A DNA stretch of 64,000 bases, from assembly GCA_963700985.1 (NCBI GenBank), contig OY969554.1:721331-785330 (forward strand), written 5' to 3'. This document shows positions 56,992 to 64,000 of the stretch, one piece after another. Position numbers and translations under genes: made by a program. The notes under the pieces were generated by a model. The model ran no database searches. It saw only the letters and a list, made by a program, of their open reading frames with translations, and was not told the DNA's origin. Source of the DNA: an uncultured Chlamydiales bacterium. GTDB lineage: Bacteria; Chlamydiota; Chlamydiia; Chlamydiales; Rhabdochlamydiaceae. Within the stretch, counting starts at the first letter, position 1, and each line of letters opens with the position of its first letter.

Positions 56992-58434
56992 GTGAAAACT
57001 AAAGAGGCTTACTGGACTATTTGTCCGAAATGTTGTGGATGCGGCAAAAAAAACTTGAAGCTCCGCAAGAAAGCGAGACTCCGCTATCAAATAGCAATTA
57101 AGGAATTTGAAAAAGCTCAGCGTGAAGGAAAGGCTTCGGTTCGCCCTAAAGTTACTCAATATTTATGCGATAATTGCAGTGGATCTGGCTTGATTTCTGC
57201 TACTAGTCACCCCATAGCAGACACAGAAAACTATCCACATGTAGCAATTATTGGTGCCGGTATAGGAGGCGTGGCGCTGGCTGTAGCTTGTTTGCATCGT
57301 GGTATTCCATTTACCCTTTATGAGCGCGATAGCAGCTTCGATGCACGAGCTCAAGGCTATGGACTTACCTTGCAACAAGCAAGCAACGCAATTAAAGGAT
57401 TGGGTCTTTTCACTTTAAAAGACGGGGGTAGTTCCACACGTCATGTGGTGCATACTACAGAAGGAAAAGAAATTACTGAATGGGGAGTGAGGACGCATTC
57501 AAACATTAAAAAATCTCCAAGGCGTATAAATGCGCATATCCCGCGACAAGCCCTACGCTTAGCGTTGCTTGAGCAATTGGGCGAACATGATGCCGTGCAG
57601 TGGGGGCACCGTTTAGTTAGTTTTAAGCAATGTGAAGATAAAAGTGTTGAGCTACGCTTTCAAGTTAACGGAGAGATGAAGATTGCCAAGGTAGATTTGG
57701 TGGTGGGTGCTGATGGTATTCGTAGTGTTGTGCGCAGCTTGTTGATTGGCGAGGATATTACACCTTTGCGTTACCTGGGTTATGTAGTAATTTTGGGTAT
57801 TTGTTCTTTAGAGGTTCTTAAGGGTGTTGAGAGTTCTTTGCTCGACTCAGCCACCGTGTTTCAAACCGTCAATGGCCATGAGCGAATCTACATGATGCCT
57901 TACTCGTTAGACTCGGTAATGTGGCAACTTAGTTTCCCCATGCCGGAAGAAGAGGCTAAGGCCTTGAGCGCACAAGGAGCTCAGGTGCTTAAAGAAGAAG
58001 CTTGTCGTAGAACACAGTGGCATAAGCCTATTCCTCAAATTTTATCAGCAACGCTACCGGCACAAATTTCAGGTTATCCCGTTTACGACCGAGAATTACT
58101 CAAGTCGGAATTATTGGAAAAAGCTGGGGCATGTACTTTGATTGGAGATGCAGCTCACCCTATGAGTCCATTTAAAGGACAAGGTGCGAATCAGGCTCTG
58201 TTGGATGCGCTGGCACTGGCTCGTAACATATCAATAGCATGTACTCCCTTGTCTAAATGGCGAGAAACCGGAGTGAGAGAAATTGTACTAACTGACTTTG
58301 AAGAAGAAATGTTAGCACGTAGTGCTTCTAAAGTGAAGGATTCAGCTGAGGCTGCGGAGCTTCTACATTCCAAAGATGTGCTACGCGAAGGTTATGGACC
58401 TAAAGGACGGTCTTTACGAGGTAATACCCTGTAA
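56992..58434 (+). CDS. FAD-dependent monooxygenase with N-terminal DnaJ-type (CxxCxGxG)x2 zinc-finger
   Basis: CPKCCGCG and CDNCSGSG (57022-57189). Then VAIIGAGIGGVALAVACLHRGIPFTLYERD (GxGxxG, beta-alpha-beta) and GDAAHPMSPFKGQGANQALLDA (flavoprotein hydroxylase fingerprint). GTG start. Confidence 0.75.
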   Translation: MKTKEAYWTICPKCCGCGKKNLKLRKKARLRYQIAIKEFEKAQREGKASVRPKVTQYLCDNCSGSGLISATSHPIADTENYPHVAIIGAGIGGVALAVACLHRGIPFTLYERDSSFDARAQGYGLTLQQASNAIKGLGLFTLKDGGSSTRHVVHTTEGKEITEWGVRTHSNIKKSPRRINAHIPRQALRLALLEQLGEHDAVQWGHRLVSFKQCEDKSVELRFQVNGEMKIAKVDLVVGADGIRSVVRSLLIGEDITPLRYLGYVVILGICSLEVLKGVESSLLDSATVFQTVNGHERIYMMPYSLDSVMWQLSFPMPEEEAKALSAQGAQVLKEEACRRTQWHKPIPQILSATLPAQISGYPVYDRELLKSELLEKAGACTLIGDAAHPMSPFKGQGANQALLDALALARNISIACTPLSKWRETGVREIVLTDFEEEMLARSASKVKDSAEAAELLHSKDVLREGYGPKGRSLRGNTL

Positions 58435-58560
58435 TTAGGGTCAATCCTAACATTCTGACGTTTTTAGGTTTATACCATCCTCTCCTCCAGTTGTTAATGA
58501 GATAGTTTACGTTGCTCTAAAACATTCAGACGCATGTTTTAGTAGATATAGAATTAGAAA

Positions 58561-58595
58561 TGAAAAAGGCACTCAAGAATTATCTTGAGTGCCTT
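58561..58595 (-). terminator. rho-independent terminator downstream of tRNA-Asn
   Basis: On the minus strand: AAGGCACTCAAGA-taattc-TCTTGAGTGCCTT followed by TTTTTCA. Confidence 0.65.
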
Positions 58596-58605
58596 AAATA
58601 GAAGT

Positions 58606-58677
58606 CTCCGGGTGTAGGATTCGAACCTACGACCAACGGATTAACAGTCCGCTGCTCTACCACTGAGCTAACCCGGA
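58606..58677 (-). tRNA. tRNA-Asn (anticodon GTT)
   Basis: The reverse complement TCCGGGT-TA-GCTC-AGTGGTA-GAGC-A-GCGGA-CTGTTAA-TCCGT-TGGTC-GTAGG-TTCGAAT-CCTAC-ACCCGGA-G folds as a cloverleaf. Anticodon loop CT-GTT-AA. CCA is not encoded. Confidence 0.93.
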
Positions 58678-58752
58678 ATACAAAGCGAGAATCTTAGGAA
58701 AGAATACCAATTAAAGGCAATCTTTTCAGCGTTTTGAGATAAAGCAAGAAGC

Positions 58753-60009
58753 TTAGCTGCCTTCACTTTCGTCGCGTAATTTTTCAAAATAGACTACACG
58801 CTTTTTCATTTCTCGCTCAAAGCCGCGCTCTTGTGGATGATAGAAGGATTGACGGGCCATCTGATCTGGAAAATAGTTTTGACCGGAGAAACCTTGAGGG
58901 GTGTCATGGTCGTAAATATAGCCTTTTCCATAGCCCATTTTTTTCATCATGGTAGTAGGTGCATTCAGAATGATGTAGGGCGGCGGCAGATGGGATGTTT
59001 CTGTGGCGGTCTCTTTCGACTGATTGTAAGCGGCATAGACAGCATTACTTTTTGGGGCAAGCGCGAGGTAGACGACGACTTGCGCCAGAGCTAACTCCCC
59101 TTCTGGCGAGCCTAGCATCTCAAAGGCATCACGTGCAGCCACGGCCAAGGTGAGAGCTTGCGGATCGGCCAAGCCAATATCTTCTGAAGCCATGCGGATC
59201 AGGCGTCTTGCGATAAAGAGTGGATCTTCACCGCCAATAAGCATGCGATTAAACCAGTAGAGCGCGGCATCGGGATCTGAGCCACGCACAGATTTATGTA
59301 GAGCGGAAATAATATTGTAATGTTCATCGGTCGAACGATCAAAAAGAGGCGCTTTTTTCTGTAAAAAATTTTGCAGATCTTCAACGTTTAAAACTTCTTC
59401 AATTCCTTCTAGGTTTTCTACGAGGTTGAGAAGATAGCGGCCGTCGCCTTGCGCAAGATGTGTAAGGTAGTGGCGCGCTTCATCATTGAGTTTGAGTGGG
59501 CCTTTCTGCGCTTCAAAGCGTTGCAAGATATTCTCAAGCGAATTCTCATCTAAAAAATTTAGTTTCAGCACGCGAACCCGCGACAAGAGCGCTTTGTTCA
59601 AATAGAATGAGGGGTTTTCAACCGTGGCACCAACGAGGACGAGCTTCCCGCTCTCTAAAAACGGCAAAAAAGCATCTTGTTGGGCTTTGTTAAACCTGTG
59701 GATCTCATCGACAAAAAGTAAAATAGGCCCAAAAAGTGGCGTGTCTTTCCCCTCTTTCAGCAGCTGCTTTAATTCAGCCACACCACTGAAGATAGCGCTC
59801 AAACTTTCAAAGCGCATCGAAAACGCTTTGGCATAGAGATGCGCGATGGATGTTTTACCTGTGCCTGGTGGCCCCCATAAGATAATCGAGAGGGGCTTCT
59901 TTTTTTCGAGAATTTTGGTAATGAAACCGTGCGGTCCTAAAAGATGTTGTTGTCCGACAATTTCATCGAATTTTTTAGGCCGTAATTGTTCTGAAAGTGG
60001 AGCGTTCAT
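58753..60009 (-). CDS. rarA: replication-associated recombination protein A (AAA+ ATPase)
   Basis: [17 protein letters not shown], Walker [10 protein letters not shown], Walker [12 protein letters not shown] and the C-terminal MgsA domain ([19 protein letters not shown]). Confidence 0.92.
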   Translation of the reverse strand: MNAPLSEQLRPKKFDEIVGQQHLLGPHGFITKILEKKKPLSIILWGPPGTGKTSIAHLYAKAFSMRFESLSAIFSGVAELKQLLKEGKDTPLFGPILLFVDEIHRFNKAQQDAFLPFLESGKLVLVGATVENPSFYLNKALLSRVRVLKLNFLDENSLENILQRFEAQKGPLKLNDEARHYLTHLAQGDGRYLLNLVENLEGIEEVLNVEDLQNFLQKKAPLFDRSTDEHYNIISALHKSVRGSDPDAALYWFNRMLIGGEDPLFIARRLIRMASEDIGLADPQALTLAVAARDAFEMLGSPEGELALAQVVVYLALAPKSNAVYAAYNQSKETATETSHLPPPYIILNAPTTMMKKMGYGKGYIYDHDTPQGFSGQNYFPDQMARQSFYHPQERGFEREMKKRVVYFEKLRDESEGS

Positions 60010-60102
60010 GATCTCTATTATATAACATAAAAGCAGTATAAATTGCGTCTCATTTTCAAGGCTGGTATTCTTGCTCGGATTATAGATTCAGAAGAGGGAT
60101 AA

Positions 60103-62262
60103 ATGAGTGCAGCAAAACCGATTACATCAGGTACGTCTAAAACTAACCCAAGCTTAGCACCCCATCTAGAAGGAAAAGAAACTAAAGCAAATCCTCTAAC
60201 TCAGATAGCTGTTAGCGCGCTGAGCCGTGATATGGCAAATCGAATGGGCCCTATTGTCGGCGATCCCAATGCCTCAGCAGCCAAGAAAATGGAGTATATT
60301 CAGAAGGCATTGAACTTGGAAGAGTTCCAATTAAAAGAAACTTCGCGTCCTAAACCTAAACTCCAGCTTTCATTAAGCGAAAAAACTCTTTTAAATCGCA
60401 TGCTTCGAGATTGTGTATTCGAACAAGGCCTTACCCTCTTAGATCTATGGGGTCTCGAGGTTTATAATCATATGAAAGCACTTGCCAGAATCATAACCCC
60501 AAAAGATATGGCGGCTCTGAAGGAAAATCTCCAAATATTCTGTAAAACTTTTGCCAGAAAAGCCGTAGAAAGTTCAGCTAAAAATGCTGAAGAATATATT
60601 AAAAAATGGGTGAATCAGCTCGCTGAGCTCAAAAATGATTTACAGATAGTAGCTTCTTCAATCCCTAATGCTTTTAAAGAAAAGCAACAGGCTTTCGCTG
60701 CGCTTATTGATCGATTAAGTCTTGGCATTACCCTTTTGCGTAACAATAATATGCAAAAACTGCGCTCAAATGTTGATTTATTTTTCACAGAAACCGTGAA
60801 GCCAGATACAGCGAATCCTGAAAAAACTCTCCAAGGACTAATTACCTATACGAAATTTCTATCGGAGGGCTTTCCGGTTGTTTGTAAAGTCCAGCCTCCA
60901 CAACTCGATCTCACCATATTTTCCAAAATACACCAGCACTTAACGAATATTTTAGAGGCTGCTGATAAGCAAACGGCTATGAAAGCCTTAAAACGTGATC
61001 TTCACGTATGGTTTTCAAAATTTCCTGCCAATGATGAGGATCTAAAAGATGCAAATATGCGAGCTGCAGCTGGAAAGATAAACTACAAAGTCTACTGTGC
61101 AAAGTACGGCATTAAATACGAAAAAGAACCAACAGAAATTGAATTTTGCCAATCTCTATTTGTCAATTATTTGCAAAATAGTTTTTTGAACGCCCGTGTT
61201 GATTTCTGCTTGAATCTTGTAGATGCGCAATACATGACACCTCTTTTTCCAGATACGTATGCATCTACTTACCTGGGCTTTCGCCGACTTTATATGAATG
61301 TCAGCACGATAAATCAAATTGTTCTAGAAAAAAAGCCTGCTTCTGCTCCTGTTCATCCAGCTTTTCCTGGTTTATTGGCTTCCGCCCAGAAAAAAGAGAT
61401 TAGCCAACTTTTAGACACAATCCATGCAGACACGGCCGCTTTAACACGCGCTGCGTTTCCTCCACGCAAGTTTTTTGAAACTGCGCACCTGATTCTCGAT
61501 CAGAAGCAGTGTATCATATTCGATGAGGAGCTTATCTTCATCGAAGGATTTGAGCCTCTGCTAAAGCTTTTCGAAAAGCTGCCTCCTCAATTAAATGAGT
61601 TGCGTCTTAAGCATCTAAAACTTATCGAGGCATTTCTCAAAACATTAGATTTAAAAGAACTCGCAAAAAACCGCGATCAGTGGATCGATTTCTTTCAAAA
61701 GGCGTGCCTGAATGCAACGATCGACTTTTGCCGTTTGAATATGATCGTCAAAGATTTGCAGGCCTGCGCAGAACTCGACACGGTGAATGGCGAAGAGCTC
61801 TTTCTAGATGAATATGTGGACTATGTTCTGCTGGATGGCATCGAGGGGCTTATCGATCACCTAATTAAGCCCGCACATCCCATGCGCGAAGAGCCAGAAG
61901 GCAGGCCTGAGAAACCACGACCTGTAACTATACGCATCTCCGCGGTTGCAAGCAGTGCACTTCCAGCTGCTCCAGCTAAACCCCCTGCAGAAAGGGTTGA
62001 ACGAAAAAAAGAGCTGCCAGTTCCTAGAGTTACAGAAGCGCCCGCTTTAGATTTTCGTCGAATAAAAAAGCGCAAATTATTGCAGCTCTTGAAAGCACAT
62101 GGAATTAATCTCGATGCCGGAAGACGTAGATCAACTGGTCATCAGCCTTATGTAGGTGAGGATGGAACACGATACACCATTCCTTCTGGTAGTAAGCATG
62201 ACATCTTGAGACCTAAAACTTTTAAAAGTTTGGCAAATAGAGTGGATTCAAAAGAAGGGTAA
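60103..62262 (+). CDS. large hypothetical helical protein with C-terminal HicA-like domain
   Basis: 719 aa. After a Pro/Ala-rich linker, the last ~65 aa (62050-62262) read KLLQLLKAHGINLDAGRRRSTGHQPYVGEDGTRYTIPSGSKHDILRPKTFKSLANRV. This parallels HicA toxins (l..l.k.Gf....kGSHh.....g...tvP.H..kdi..gtl.sI.k). Confidence 0.5.
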   Translation: MSAAKPITSGTSKTNPSLAPHLEGKETKANPLTQIAVSALSRDMANRMGPIVGDPNASAAKKMEYIQKALNLEEFQLKETSRPKPKLQLSLSEKTLLNRMLRDCVFEQGLTLLDLWGLEVYNHMKALARIITPKDMAALKENLQIFCKTFARKAVESSAKNAEEYIKKWVNQLAELKNDLQIVASSIPNAFKEKQQAFAALIDRLSLGITLLRNNNMQKLRSNVDLFFTETVKPDTANPEKTLQGLITYTKFLSEGFPVVCKVQPPQLDLTIFSKIHQHLTNILEAADKQTAMKALKRDLHVWFSKFPANDEDLKDANMRAAAGKINYKVYCAKYGIKYEKEPTEIEFCQSLFVNYLQNSFLNARVDFCLNLVDAQYMTPLFPDTYASTYLGFRRLYMNVSTINQIVLEKKPASAPVHPAFPGLLASAQKKEISQLLDTIHADTAALTRAAFPPRKFFETAHLILDQKQCIIFDEELIFIEGFEPLLKLFEKLPPQLNELRLKHLKLIEAFLKTLDLKELAKNRDQWIDFFQKACLNATIDFCRLNMIVKDLQACAELDTVNGEELFLDEYVDYVLLDGIEGLIDHLIKPAHPMREEPEGRPEKPRPVTIRISAVASSALPAAPAKPPAERVERKKELPVPRVTEAPALDFRRIKKRKLLQLLKAHGINLDAGRRRSTGHQPYVGEDGTRYTIPSGSKHDILRPKTFKSLANRVDSKEG

Positions 62263-62330
62263 AGGCATTGCAAAAAAATAAATCTACAACATAAAGTTTC
62301 TAAACGAGTTATTTTACCTTGAGCATAATT

Positions 62331-62996
62331 ATGGCTATAGACAACTCACCTAGATTTACTTCTCTTCTTTCTCCTTTGCCGCCACCAAATCCAGTAGAAT
62401 TCAAAGAGCAGAAAGCTGAGGAGCCAGCTTTCATCCCTCCTGGGTTAATACCTATGCCGCAAGCAGATACACATTCTTCCGCAGCAAATGGCAAAAAACG
62501 CAAAATAGAGGTCTTAAATCTACTCTCATCAGAAATGCGTCGCTCTGAGGAGAGTGAAAAAACATTAATGGAAAGCAATCGCAAACTCGGAGAAGATTTC
62601 GCTGCCGCACAAGATCAGATACGCAAGCTTGAAAAAGAACTCGCTGCTGCACAAAGCAACATAATAAATTTAGAATTCTCATCAAAAACACATCAGCTTA
62701 ATTCTGCTTTTTGGATAGCTGAGGTAAAGAAGATCCTAGTTGTTATTTCGCTTCTTAAAGCACAAAGAATAATCGACATACACTCTATCTCAAACCTTAG
62801 CCGAATAATTTTTTCTTTAACACAAAATTTTACTCCTCCGCCACTCTCTGCTCCTTCTGAGATTTCACCTCTCTTACTCCCCATGAATGCAAATGCTCAA
62901 GTATCTCACTCTTCTTCGGCAATTTTACCTCTCTTAGAAGCCTTGAACAGCAACACTCAAGCTGTGAGCGACCCCACAAAAGCTGGCCCTAGATAA
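62331..62996 (+). CDS. hypothetical protein (Pro-rich ends, central coiled coil)
   Basis: ATG chosen over the upstream TTG. EDFAAAQDQIRKLEKELAAAQSNI forms a coiled coil. No motif. Confidence 0.45.
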   Translation: MAIDNSPRFTSLLSPLPPPNPVEFKEQKAEEPAFIPPGLIPMPQADTHSSAANGKKRKIEVLNLLSSEMRRSEESEKTLMESNRKLGEDFAAAQDQIRKLEKELAAAQSNIINLEFSSKTHQLNSAFWIAEVKKILVVISLLKAQRIIDIHSISNLSRIIFSLTQNFTPPPLSAPSEISPLLLPMNANAQVSHSSSAILPLLEALNSNTQAVSDPTKAGPR

Positions 62997-63035
62997 ATTT
63001 AGACTTTTGCAGCCACCTCTGTTAATTTAATTTGC

Positions 63036-64000
63036 ATGGACGAGATCTACGGCTATGTTGAGAGCATTGTTTTTACGGAAAGCGAACGCGGCTTTACAGT
63101 CGCTCGTTTAAAAGAGCCTAAAAAATTAGAGCTTACCTGCATTGTCGGTTACCTTCCCACTCTTCAACCCGGCGAAACATTGCGCTGTAAAGGCGTTTGG
63201 AAGCGCCATCCTCAGCATGGCAATCAATTCGAAGTGCAGAGCTTCGATCTTCAAGCTCCAGCGGATTTAATCGGCATCCAGAAGTATCTAGAATCAGGCA
63301 TGATTAAAGGCATCGGCCCAGTCTATGCCGAGCGCATTGTGAAGAAATTTGGCTTAGAGACGCTGCAGATTCTCGAAGATCGCCCTGAAAAATTGCTTGA
63401 GATCGAAGGGCTGGGCTCTAAACGCATCGAAAAGATAGCCGAGTGTTGGCGCGAGCAAAAAGCCATTCGCCAAGTGATGATTTTCTTACGCGGCCACAAT
63501 GTGAGCCCTGCTTATGCGCAGAAAATTTTCAAGACCTACGGCGACAAGAGCATCGAAAAAGTCACCGAGAACCCCTATAGTTTAGCAAAAGAGATCCACG
63601 GCATCGGCTTCAAAAGTGCTGACACCATTGCTAAGGGCTTGGGTATTCCACAAGATGCGCCGCATCGTATCGATGCCGGAATCGAGCATGTGCTTTGGGA
63701 GCTTTCAAATGAAGGCCATGTGTGCATGCCCGAAAGCGAACTCCTCCCTGCCGCTGAAGGGATTTTGCAAGTAGATACGCAGCTTATCGCTCAAAGACTC
63801 GATGCGCTAGTGACCAACGGTGTCATCGTCAAAGAAAATGGCCATTTTTGGGTTAAGCCGCTTTATTTAGCTGAGATCGGCATAGCACGCGAAATCTCAC
63901 GCCTTGCTACCACTCCCTCACCCCTGCGCGCAGTTGATCTAGAAAAAGCCATTGAATGGGTGCAAGCCCAGCTGCGTTTGGATCTGGCACCAGAACAGAG
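63036..64000 (+). CDS. recD2: RecD2-type ATP-dependent DNA helicase, N-terminal part; gene runs off the right edge
   Basis: Own translation from the ATG at 63036: MDEIYGYVESIVFTESERGFTVARLK..GVWKRHPQHGNQFEV..YLESGMIKGIGPVYAERIVKKFG..EIEGLGSKRIEKI. The OB fold followed by tandem HhH motifs is typical of the RecD2 N-terminus. No stop occurs before the window ends. Confidence 0.8.
   Translation, partial: MDEIYGYVESIVFTESERGFTVARLKEPKKLELTCIVGYLPTLQPGETLRCKGVWKRHPQHGNQFEVQSFDLQAPADLIGIQKYLESGMIKGIGPVYAERIVKKFGLETLQILEDRPEKLLEIEGLGSKRIEKIAECWREQKAIRQVMIFLRGHNVSPAYAQKIFKTYGDKSIEKVTENPYSLAKEIHGIGFKSADTIAKGLGIPQDAPHRIDAGIEHVLWELSNEGHVCMPESELLPAAEGILQVDTQLIAQRLDALVTNGVIVKENGHFWVKPLYLAEIGIAREISRLATTPSPLRAVDLEKAIEWVQAQLRLDLAPEQ

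Overview
This 64-kb chromosomal segment looks like an environmental member of the Chlamydiota (Parachlamydiales-like). The taxon call rests on a GroES/GroEL pair very close to chlamydial GroEL1, a CIRCE element, an orphan HPr, and many eukaryote-like genes. All domain calls come from motif recognition by eye; no database search was run.

Housekeeping genes: accA, tyrS, rpiA, ptsH, pepF, groES-groEL, rlmD-like, rarA, recD2-like, tRNA-Asn, an MsbA-like ABC exporter and a five-gene YbhGFSR-type efflux operon with its own outer-membrane factor.

Accessory, effector-like genes are interspersed among them, usually behind extremely AT-rich leaders:
- an F-box/propeller-like protein and an LRR protein
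- a GAMT/RMT2-like methyltransferase
- a Fic protein
- an ADP-ribosylglycohydrolase
- a candidate GT-A (DxD) glycosyltransferase
- a passenger-less inverse-autotransporter barrel
- several orphan paralog pairs

Most notable observations:
1. Two distant genes share a ~210-aa hydrophobic N-terminal module but have unrelated C-termini. One C-terminus is a 2H-phosphoesterase-like domain.
2. A tandem pair of GxCxG (Cys-nucleophile) alpha/beta-hydrolase paralogs. One copy is interrupted by an in-frame TGA that aligns with a Trp codon in the other, and the two 3' ends share 41 identical nt.
3. At least three kinds of long nested palindromic intergenic elements. One family has two copies with TTAACCACAGAGGCACAGAG termini.
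4. prfC is broken by a 1-nt insertion in an A4 run.
5. A 719-aa protein ends in a HicA-like domain.
6. A DnaJ-type zinc-finger/FAD-monooxygenase fusion is bracketed by ~60-bp imperfect direct repeats that include the 3' end of tRNA-Asn.
7. A GC-rich structured intergenic element of unknown RNA class lies at 441-650.

No CRISPR array, rRNA, transposase or integrase gene was seen.
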